DNA from: Cyanophora paradoxa CCMP329
Taxonomy: Eukaryota > Plantae > Glaucophyta
NCBI GenBank assembly: GCA_004431415.1
Contig: QPMI01000139.1
Location: 13,143-77,142, forward strand
Reading direction: 5' to 3'
Length of the DNA stretch: 64,000 bases
Positions 47,328 through 57,200 of the stretch are shown here, piece by piece; the first letter of the stretch is position 1; each line of letters starts with the position of its first letter. The position numbers were made by a program, and so were the translations under genes. The notes below the pieces were generated by a model. The model was given only the letters and a program-made list of their open reading frames with translations, did no database searches and was not told where the DNA came from.

Positions 47328-48394
47328 ATGTCGATTCCCGCTGAGCTTGCCGAGGACTTCGCCTTTGTCCAAGCAACGTGGGCTAACTCCGGTGGCACTC
47401 AAGGGGCTACCCCTGAGATGGAGCAGCGCGCCGACGCTCTGGGGTACATCTACAATTATGCCATCTTACGCGCCACTGGCCCCGAAGTGCAACTTCTCCC
47501 CAAGTCCGCCTTCACGTCCAAGGCCAAGAAATCCAAGTCCAAGCAACCCAAGCCCGAGCCCCCGTCGACGTGCCCCCGTCCCCGGCTGGGTCAAGACCGC
47601 CAACGGCTGGGGCGACCCCAAGCTTTTCGCCGAGTCTGCTGCCGAGACGCTCGCCTGGGCCTACCCCCTCAAGTCTTCACGAATTACCCCCTCCGTCATC
47701 GTCGTCATCTGCCCCTCAGCCCGTCGCCGAGCCCGCCCCCGAGCCCGCCGATGACGCCAAGTCCGAGGCCTCTGACGTCGAGTCTGACATCAACGACTTC
47801 ATCGACTTTGACGTGCCGATTCCATACGACTCTGAGTCGTCTTCTGACTCTGAAGGCGACAACGAAAACCCGACTCGCAAGCGCCGCATTATCAAGACCA
47901 AGTCAATCGTCAAGAAGAAGTTCATGGAGACTACGTCATTCACCGACAACTCCGAGCGCGTCAAGGACCCCGCCAAGGCACACGAGAAGGACTTGAAGCT
48001 CGGCGCCGGCATTGCCCGTTCTCGCGTGACGTCACACTACAGCGAGCGCCTGACTCAGCACGTCAAGACCATTGAGAAGCGCGTCCTCTGCAACGAGCTC
48101 CGCAAGGAGTTGGAGCGCAAGCGGCGCCACGAGCGCCTTGTCCAGTACCAGATCAACAAGGCGCGGATCGCCGAGCGCAAGCAGAAGGAGGCGGCCGAGC
48201 TCAAGGCGCGCATCGAGGCTCAGCAGCAGCGCGAGGCAGAGGCGGCAGCGGCCTTGGCGGCGCAGCGCGAGCGCGAGCGGCAGGACTTGGTGCAGGCAGC
48301 GCAGTCCCTTCCCCGCATTCCCCTTAAGTCGGCGCCCGAGGGCCTCATTGAGTTGGTTTCCGATGACGATGACTCTGACTTTGAGATGCTGTAA
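47328..48394 (+). CDS. Hypothetical acidic/basic coiled-coil protein (frameshifted) with a putative 5'-UTR intron
   Basis: MSIPAELAEDF... continues via two frame breaks into ...RKRRIIK...LIELVSDDDDSDFEML. A pyrimidine tract and CAG directly precede the ATG. Confidence 0.65.
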
Positions 48395-48468
48395 ATAGTA
48401 TTGCGTCATTCCATTGTACATACTTGTAAAAATTGGCCGACTATTCAGTTACGACTTGGCGCGATCCT

Positions 48469-48526
48469 GGGACTTGGGACTTGGACTTGGGACTTGGGAC
48501 TTGGGACTTGGGACTTGGGAAGAGTT
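48469..48526 (+). repeat. (GGGACTT)n array 2 followed by GGGAAGAGTT
   Basis: Seven units, one of them GGACTT. Confidence 0.95.
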
Positions 48527-48807
48527 AGACTCAGGGTCTGGGCCCAGAATCTCTCTGGATCTGAGAGTTTGCCGCGCCAAGTCCCTAACCACCGGGCAGA
48601 CATGTAGAGGGGTACGGAAATCTGCATATGACGTTTCTGGTGACATTCCAGGTGAGATTTCAAGCGAGGTAGAGTCTGAACTGGTGTACGACTTGTAGCA
48701 TGATACTGGACATGAAAGCTCACGAGAGTATGCAACCGAAAACGGATGTGAAGAGGGGTAGGAGTTTTCGTGTGAGATGTCGAGAGAAGGAGGGTACGAG
48801 ATGGGAT

Positions 48808-48880
48808 ACGAGTAAAAAGACTACGAGTAAAAAAGACTACGAGTAAAAAAGAGTATGAGGAGTGGTAGGAGTAAAAAAGT
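48808..48880 (+). repeat. Short direct repeats ACGAGTAAAAAAGACT (about 3 copies plus a degenerate one)
   Basis: acgagtaaaaagact-acgagtaaaaaagact-acgagtaaaaaagagt...gagtaaaaaagt. Confidence 0.85.
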
Positions 48881-48954
48881 CGGTAGAAAAACTCACCTGA
48901 CTTGTCTGACAAATTTCTGATCCTGGAGAAAGTCTGGGCCGGGACCTGGGTTTC

Positions 48955-49031
48955 AACTCTTCCCAAGTCCCAAGTCCCAAGTCCAAGTCCCAAGTCCCAA
49001 GTCCCAAGTCCCAAGTCCAAGTCCAAGTCCC
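48955..49031 (-). repeat. (GGGACTT)n array 3, inverted
   Basis: AACTCTTCCC followed by about 10 AAGTCC(C) units. Confidence 0.95.
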
Positions 49032-49055
49032 AGGTTTTTCTGAACCTAGGGCAAA

Positions 49056-49372
49056 ATGGCCCTGCTCCGGTGCACCGACTCGCAAGACGTCGCCTACAAC
49101 GTCCTGGTCAACTCGGACGTACCCCGAGTGCCTTGGAGTTTCCCTGGAGAGTGGACAGGGACAGGGTGAGCAAGACGTTTGGAGGGCGCAAGCACTACCT
49201 CTCCCAGCTGATCCTCGGGAAGTCGCCACGTGGACGCTACGTGGAACACATCAACGGCAACCCGCTGGACTACAGGAGGGAGAACCTGCGCTGGGCATCA
49301 ATGTCGGAGATTCGCAAGAAGAGGAGGGGTACGCCAATTTACAGGAGAAGAGCGAGGAGATTCGGGAGATGA
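49056..49372 (+). CDS. HNH-type endonuclease-like protein (one frameshift, degenerate motif)
   Basis: YLSQLILG...YVEHINGNPLDYRRENLRWASMSE matches the phage HNH pattern VDHINGxxLDNRxENLRW. Confidence 0.75.
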
Positions 49373-49408
49373 TGGAGGCGACACAGGTGCTAATGCAGCT
49401 TAGCCAGT

Positions 49409-50221
49409 CTAGACGCTAGTGGTGTGAATCTTGGTGTCGTACTCGCGACCGACCGTTTCCCAGGCCACGTAAACTTCGGCTCCGGCGCCTGGCGCTGTCG
49501 AGTTGGTAGTCGCAGTCGTGTAGTCCGCCTCTGCCTCAATTAGTTCGGCCATGAGGGTAGAGCCCACGACCATTCCAGAGGTAGGCATTCCGGCGATGTT
49601 GTTGTACAATTTGAAAGTGAATTTCGTGAAGAGGAGCCGGGGCCAGACCTGGGTACGGGGATTCGAGGCGCCGTATGAATAATCGGTACCCGAGGCGCCG
49701 CCCGTGGTGGCATTCGTCATCATCTCCTTTGCGGTCATCTTCCAGAGGTTGTACATCTCAAAGGGAACGGCCTGCGTGGTCTTGTGTGTGGCATCGATGA
49801 GGGCGCCATCTAAATGCGTTTTGATGTTCGGATTCGCACCATTCCCGAATTTGCGAGTGAGGGCGGTGTTAGCGGTGAACTTGAGTTCGAGCACGCGAAT
49901 GGCGGGCCGATCAGGCACAGAGGGCTCTATCTTTTTCAGGAGGCCCGAGAGCCAGAGCGCCTCCGCCTCATCCGCGCTCACGCCCGAGTCGATGTCAAAG
50001 TACACGTACACGGAGCAGGAGGCGGGATTCTCGAAATCGTTGGAGGTGACGCGCAACATGACGGGATTCTGGACCCTCACGGTGAGCGGGGTGGCGTAGT
50101 TTCCGTCCCACTCCACCTTGTCCGTCCCTGCGTTGGCCACGTTCCCAGCGTTGCCGTAGAAATCGGGGACGATCGAGCCGGCAGACACGGTCTTCACGAT
50201 GGTGGCCGAGGTGGTCGGCAT
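49409..50221 (-). CDS. Putative virion structural protein, paralogue 1 (270 aa)
   Basis: Intact beta-rich Thr/Asn/Gly ORF; shares blocks with the adjacent ORF. Confidence 0.6.
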   Translation of the reverse strand: MPTTSATIVKTVSAGSIVPDFYGNAGNVANAGTDKVEWDGNYATPLTVRVQNPVMLRVTSNDFENPASCSVYVYFDIDSGVSADEAEALWLSGLLKKIEPSVPDRPAIRVLELKFTANTALTRKFGNGANPNIKTHLDGALIDATHKTTQAVPFEMYNLWKMTAKEMMTNATTGGASGTDYSYGASNPRTQVWPRLLFTKFTFKLYNNIAGMPTSGMVVGSTLMAELIEAEADYTTATTNSTAPGAGAEVYVAWETVGREYDTKIHTTSV

Positions 50222-50244
50222 TTTGCGACCTCAAATGAGAAAGA

Positions 50245-50924
50245 TTATCCGTGAAAGAGGGTGATGTCGCCACCGATGTTCATGACGCGGGCCCCAGGCA
50301 CAGAGTCAGCGTCGGTGCCGTACGCGTAGGAAATCGAGCACTCACGCAGCTCCGCGCAGAGGCTGGCGCCCGTGCTGAAGTGGGGCTGGTCGGCGGCGTA
50401 GGAGAGGGGGAAGACCTGGAACCTGAAAAAGGTGAAGGGGAAGCGGGGTAGAGTCGAGCCGCGTGGGTTGCCGCCCGTGTAGAGGGCCCCAGGGTCGCGG
50501 GACTTGGATTGAATTTCGTGAAGAGCACGTCGCCCTTGAGCGTACCCCTCATCTGGTAAGTTCCCGTACCCGGAAGATTCGAAGAACTGGGGTACCGGTT
50601 CACGGTGGGGCCGTACCCCGTCTCCCTGAACTTGACCTCGAGACAGCGCAAGACGTTGGCAGTGGCCGTGGCAGGTGCCACCTTTTTCACGAGTCCTGAT
50701 TCGTGCAGCAGCTCGATAACCTCTGCGCTGAGGCTCAGAGGGTCGAAGAAGAGCTGGTAGGAATAAATCTTGGGCGTGGCGTAGGCGTTCTGAACGACCT
50801 GAATCACGACGGGATTCTGCAGAAAGACGTCGACGTAACTGCCGGAGGGTATGCGTGCGAAATCCTTGGTGTTGTTGCCAACGTCAAGTGAGCCGCTGAG
50901 GGTCTGGTACCAGTTGGAAGTCAT
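50245..50924 (-). CDS. Putative virion structural protein, paralogue 2 (one frameshift)
   Basis: QNPV, SGLVKK, LEVKF, FTFFRF and GASLCAELRE align with paralogue 1. Confidence 0.6.
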
Positions 50925-50962
50925 TTACCCGGGGCAGATATTTTTTCGGATCGTAGAGGAAA

Positions 50963-53098
50963 ATGCCCCGCTTCGTATTCGTGAAAAAGCAGGTGGTGCA
51001 GGCTCCGCAGTATGGCGTGGAGCCGATCTCGCTGACTGTGGGCAGGCCCCAGGTGCGATCGGGCTCCGTGCTCAACAACGGGAACAGTACGTACGGCTTT
51101 CAGCTGAACTGGGTCGCGGTCACCAACGCCGTCAAGTACAAGGTGTACAGGGCGACCAGCATCAACGGCCCCTGGGATCTCGTGGCCACGGTGAATGCGC
51201 CAACCGTCACCTACACGGACTCTCCCTTTAGTTTGGGGGCCCAGCGACTCTACCGCGTGGCGGCGGTTCGCGAACAGGGCAGCAGCAGCACGGGCTCTGA
51301 TGGCAAAGCCCCGCCCACAACCTACGCACAGTCGCTTCTCTACACCCACGAGGGTGCCATGAGCAATTACATTCTCTTCCAAGGCATAGGCGGCTTCAGC
51401 CCGCAGATCGAAGCCTACACCACGCTCACGACCGCCACGGCCCAGACCTACGGCGATTTTATTGCCGGGGCGGCCCCGCGTCTTCGGGCTTCCCGAAACC
51501 CGCCATAGTCGTCACAATCAACTGGGTGGCCATGGAGGGCGCGGACTCGATTCGAATTTACAGGAACGGTACGCCAATCGGATTTGCGAGCAGTGCCCTG
51601 TCTACCTCGTACATTGACGATAGCACTGCTCTTACGTGGGGCACGGAATACTCTTACCAGGTGGCCGGCATCGTGGGCGGTGTCGAATACGACAAGTCCG
51701 ATCCGCTCCTGGTCTGGACTATGCCAAACGCCCCACGAACGTGACGGCATCAGCACCCAACGACCAGCAGCAGCCTGTCAGCCTCAGCTGGACTGCGTCC
51801 ACGGGAGCGACGGGATACAAGATTTACAGAGACGGGGCCTACCTCACAGACTCCGCGACCAACTCCTACAGCGACACGACCACCGTCTGGGGTACAGGGT
51901 ACGAGTACCAGATCTCCGCGACGAACACGGGAGGGGAGGGGCCGAAGAGTATTGCGGCGTACGTCACCACGGACCCGGGGGCGCCCACTGGGCTCACTGC
52001 AACCCCGCGGCGGGGGCAGCACAGCCTGTTGTGCTCGAGTGGTCGGTGCCGGTGACGGGCGTCACCGTCTCCTACAACATCTACAGGGGTGGCGTGTTCC
52101 TTGCCAGCGACACGAGCAGCCCCTTTTCGGACACAACGACCGTTTACGGAACCACTTACACTTACACCATCAAGGGCGTCAACCAGATCGGCGAGGAAGG
52201 CCCTCAGTCCTCGTCTGCCAGTGCAACAACTGCAAACGCTCCTGTTTTGGGTACATTCTCCTACACCGGGGCCGACCAGACTTTCGTAGTACCAACGGGG
52301 ACTGTGGCTGTGCGTGTCATCGTATGGGCGGCCGGGGTGGAGGCGGAGAACGCGCAGGTACGGGGGTCCGTGGAGGCGCGGGTGCTTGCGTAGTTGGTAC
52401 ATTGGCTGTGTCCTCGGGGAGACGCTCATCCTTGTTGTTGGATGCGGCGGCCCAAAGGGTGTATCGGGGACTGCCACTGCTACCGTCTACGGAGGTGGTG
52501 GAAGGGGCTGGAGCCATAGCGTCGATCCGGAGTACAAAAACGGCGCCGGTGGTGGTCGTTCTGCAATTCAGCGCGTTGCAGGGACCGACTTGGTTGTTGC
52601 AGGGGCCGGAGGTGGGGGTACATGTGATTCGAATGGCGGCGGGGGAGTAGGCGGGGGTTGACCGGTGGTGCGGCTGGGTTGGTTGGAGTAACCGGAGAGA
52701 TACCGGCTCAAGGAGGCACCCAAACCGCTGGCGGAGCCGGTGTTGTGGCCTCAGGGGCCAGGCCCAGCAACCCGGGAACTTTGCGCCAAGGTGGAGAGAC
52801 TGGGCCTGATTCAAGCGGCTACAGGTTCGGTGGTGGTGGTGGTGGTGGTTACTTCGGTGGAGGCTCTGGGTCCAGCAGGAGCGGAGTGTCAGAGAACCCA
52901 ATAGCAAGAATGTTTGGAGGTGGCGGTGGCTCGAGCTACATAGGAAACTTGACGGATGCTACGGTGTATCCTGGGTCCGGCCAGGTGGCAGGAAATAGCG
53001 GAGACGCTCACTACGCAGCAGGCATTGGTAGGGGCGGCAACGGTGGCTCGTCTTTCAGCGACGGTGGCAACGGTCGAATTGTGATACTCGCGGTGTAG
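50963..53098 (+). CDS. Fibronectin type III repeat plus glycine-rich domain fibre/adhesin (frameshifted)
   Basis: Four LxW...YxIYR...YxD...YxYxV modules, then [42 protein letters not shown] and GGNGRIVI. Confidence 0.85.
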
Positions 53099-53104
53099 TT
53101 ATTC

Positions 53105-54176
53105 CTAGTTGTTCCAGATCAGCTCGCCAGTGCCGCTACCTGGTCTTTGAGAGTTTGAACTTCTTGTGAAAGTTCCTGAATTGCCTTCAACGACAGGGAA
53201 ATGAGCCTGTCGTAGTTTACCCGAGAAATCCATCCGCGTTCTCGAAAACGAGACTCGGGAAGACGCCTTGGACTTCCTGTGCGATGAGACCGTAATCCGT
53301 TTTCGAACCCCCGAGGATGTGTTCTTCCAGGTGAACGACACGGGATTCAGCTGCAGCAGAAGAGGGAGAATGCCCGACATGCTCGCGACATTTTCTTTCA
53401 GGCGGCTATCGCTCGACGAGTTTGTCAGGTATCCTTGAGCATCCGAATAAACGGCTCGGTTTCCATCGCCCGTGAGCGTCGAGACGATGAGCCGACCCGT
53501 GATGCCAACGCCGACGGTTCCGCACAGCAGTCGTTCGGTGCCGTTGTTTCTCAAGGATAGACCAGAGCTGACGCTTCCGCTATCAACGATTGAAGTGTTT
53601 GCTATGCTTAGGCCATTAGTAGGGCCTTCGATTGCCGAGGTAAATAGAGTACCTGTAACACCAACGCCAAGAGTCCCACAGAGGAGTCTATCGTTTTCGT
53701 TGTACTTTATAGCTACGCCTGAACCACCGCCATTTATGTACGGTGACGTTCCGGTAATTTGCAGCTTATCGTCCAATGTAACGATGCCCGCCAAGTTTGA
53801 AGCCCCGCTCACCCTAAGCCCCCCACCACGTTTGCTCCGCCTCCTTGCACATACAGAGCCGCATTCCCTCCCCGTTCACAGTCCCATTAAAGGTCACCTG
53901 ATTCGTGGTGTACCCGCTCCCGTCCCAGGCCCCGTTCGTGACGGTGAGCCTCTGCGTCCTCACGCGCCCCGGCACGGCCGACCCGCCCTCCCGCGTGCGC
54001 ATCTTGTCGCAGCGCAGCTCGCCGACGCGGACGAGGTCGGCCTCGGAAAAGGGGACGGCCGTGGCGTTGTAGGGGGCCTCGGTGGCCTGGTTTCCGAGGG
54101 TGGTCTCCTTAATCGTGTGATCGCCCTTGTGATTCACGCTGGCAGCATAGGTAAATAGAGGGACAGCGACCGACAT
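53105..54176 (-). CDS. Fibre protein with C-terminal peptidase S74 intramolecular chaperone (frameshifted)
   Basis: SSDSRLKENV, LQLNPVSFTWK, GLIAQEVQ..FPSLV, VNYDRLISLSLKAIQEL across frames; internal repeat ERLLCGTxGVGxTG. Confidence 0.85.
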
Positions 54177-54200
54177 TTTTGGATTGCATCAGAAAATCGA

Positions 54201-57200
54201 TTACATAAGCAGCTTGCCGATCGCGGTCCAATGAATAAAAAGCTGGACAATTTGGGTGGGCGTGACCGTCATTCTGGGTTGGAATCTCACTTTAACTGTA
54301 AAGCCAGTGTGACTCACCGCCGTGACGTTGGCCCCGTAGAAATCGACATCCGTGCTGCCGCCGGGATTGATGTCGAACGAGGGGGTTACGTTAATAACCG
54401 GCGTTGGGTTTGCTGGGGTCCCCAGTCCGCCTCCAGTGTCGTACGCCTGTCCGAATGTAATGTTGAACGTCACCGTGTATGTTGAATTGATGTTAAACTC
54501 CGTGTACGCAGCGTAGGAGTGGAAGGACGTGCCGTGCGTTATGTACGCATCCATGTTCACGTTTCTGTGCCCGTGGCTGGTGAGCGAGTACTCTGTGTGA
54601 CTGTGCGTAGAGGGTGGGAAGGAAGTGGGTCGGTCGATGACATTATCCCAGTACACATTGTGACTGTGTGTAGAGGGGGGGAAGGTAAGTGGCTTGCCCG
54701 TTACGTTGTCCCAATCCACGGAGATGTTCGTCAAGTCCGGGGCCGTCCAGTCGCTGATCTGAGAGATGGTGTGCTGGTGGTCTGCGTGGGGATACGTACT
54801 CGGCTTCCCCGTGATGCTATCCAACGCCCACGTTGTTGGTATCACGGGTATCGTCGGCCTCCCGCTGAGATCTGCATACGCCCCGTGTGTGCCACCGTCG
54901 CCAGCTGCGGCACGGCAACGCCCACGGTGCTCACGGCCTGGCTCGCCCCCGGCGCCATGTGCCACTCGTAGTTCTGCGATGCAAACACGGGCTGGCCTGG
55001 CTCGGGCGCCCAGTACTCGATGCCTTTGGCGATCTTCTTGGTGTATGGTGCTGCAGGCCTGTCAACCAATTTATCGACGTAGGCCTTGGGTACCAGCCAG
55101 TTTGCCTTGGGGCTCTGCGAATTGATCCCGTTGTCTATGAAGGCCCGTAATTCCTGAAGGCCTCGGCCTCCCACCAATCCTGCATGCGGAAGGTCCCGGG
55201 AATCTCGAGGCGCGAGTTGGCGTCCGCCAGGCGGGCCACCTGCGCCCCTCCGTTCGACGAGACGCCCGAGTGACGGATGGCCGAGCCGAATTCGCGCCTT
55301 AGGGCTTCGATGTGATTGATCCTGTTGAGGCCCTCCTGGTAGACGGCAATTAAGACGCGCTTCCGCCCCTTGGTCTCCTCCTTTATCATCTGCTTCAGGT
55401 CGCGCATAAGTCGACTCAGGGCGAGCGAAGTCGACCCGAAGCCTCCTGCATTTTAACGGTGAGCTGGGAGAGGAAGAGCACGGTCGCGCGATCGATTTCG
55501 AGCAGGGTCTTCTGGTCCTTGGGGTACGGTAATCGTTGATGCTGTTGTCGAGCGCGCGAATGAAGGCCTGCAGCTCCTTCGGCTCCTTGATTTCGTTTAA
55601 CCGCAGCTCCTGGGCCAAGAGCGAGGCCATTTCGCGCGCCTCCGAGGGGTCGTACACACCCAAAAATCCGGAGCCCAGCTCGCCCTCCAGCCGATTAATT
55701 CGGTTGCGCAGCTGGCTCGCCTCGTCGCCCCACGTCTCGACGCCCCAGTCGTAGATCTGTTGCGAGAGCTCCGCGATGAACTGGATGGTGTCGGCCGCCC
55801 AGTCAACGGGGTACTTGAAAAAGTTCTTCACGATCTCTTCCGCGCTGCGCCCGTTGATGATGTCCACGATCACCTGCGCGATGGCGCCCGCGAGGATGGA
55901 CAGGCCAAGTCCGCCCACCGTGCCGATCCTCATTTTCGTGAGGGCGCTCAGGGCGGACGACATGCCCGTCTGCAGGCCAAGGAGCCGACCGTCATGATCA
56001 TCTGATCGCGGAACGTATCGAAGAACTCGGCCTCCCCTATCTTGCCCTGCGAGAGCGCCTGGTAGGCCGAGAGCAGGCCGCCCGCCGTCGCCAGCCCAAG
56101 GCCGCCGCCGCGCGCCGCCCGCCGCATGGCCCGCGAGCCCGTACCCCCAGCCGGCGCCCACCAAGTCGATGCCCGCCCCTGAAATAAATCGGCTGCCCCG
56201 AAAGACATGCCGTCGTTGTTCGCCGTACCCATCGCGGAGAAGAGGGTCTCTGCGCTGAAGGCCTCCTTGGCCACCCCGGGCCGCCTGGCCCTCGGGCGCC
56301 CAGGAAGGCGTCGCGCTGCTCTTTGGTGGTGAATCGCTCGAGGTCGAAATCGGCAAGGGCGTCGGCGGTGGCGCGGTTCCAGTCGCCGTAGGGCATGAGG
56401 GCGTTGCGCAGAATAACGTCCGAGTCGCCCATCACGCGCCTGTCGAGCGTCTGAAATACGCCCTCGGAGGGCAGGCGAGCCGTGCCCGGCGCATTTCCTC
56501 TACGGAAACGTCGTCCCTTTCCGCGAGGGTGATGTCGTCCGGGCTGGCCGAGCCCACGCCCGCGCCTCGTCGGCGTAGGCCCTTCCCTCCTTTTTAACAG
56601 TTGATTGGCCTCCCGTTTCAATGCTTGGTACTCTGTCTCTACCTTGGTCTTTCTTGCCTCTTCCTCTGCCGCCTTGCGCTCTGCGATCTTCCGCCTCTGC
56701 TCTTCTATCTCGGCGTTGCGTCTCGCCGCGTTCTCCTTGGCTTGCTGCTTCCGCTCTTCGATCACCCTGTTTGCGTACTCCTTGTCCGCTTGGGCCTTTC
56801 TGTAGCGCTCCTCGATCTGACTCTTGGCCTCGTCTCCTCTCTTCCTTAGATCGCCCATGAATGCCGTCGTATCTATGTGAATCTTGTATTTGGCGGGTGG
56901 TGCTCACGTTTGAAGGCCTCCAGATCGCGCACCATGGCATCGTACTGCGCGAGCCCCTCCGCTGGAATGATGGCTCTTCGCATTTCCCAAAATTTGCTCA
57001 GCTTGCCCACGTAATCGACCATGGAGAGGTACGCGCTCTGTGCGCCCGCGCTCACCGTTTTCGGATTGGCTCGCAGCTCTGCCAAAAACTCCCCTTTTGT
57101 ATCCGGTACAGTGACCATTCGAGGGCTCCCCGCCACAGGCTCGCTTCCGTCCGCAGTTCTCTGTGCATCTCCTCCACGTCGCCGTATGCTATCCAGATGG

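Noticed and set aside
46411-49031. CRISPR array
   Set aside because: The repeats are contiguous 7-mers or 16-mers with no unique spacers, and no cas genes are present.
46411-49031. True chromosome telomere
   Set aside because: The arrays are short, internal, in both orientations and followed by a conserved flank; GGGACTT is not a TTAGGG/TTTAGGG-type repeat.
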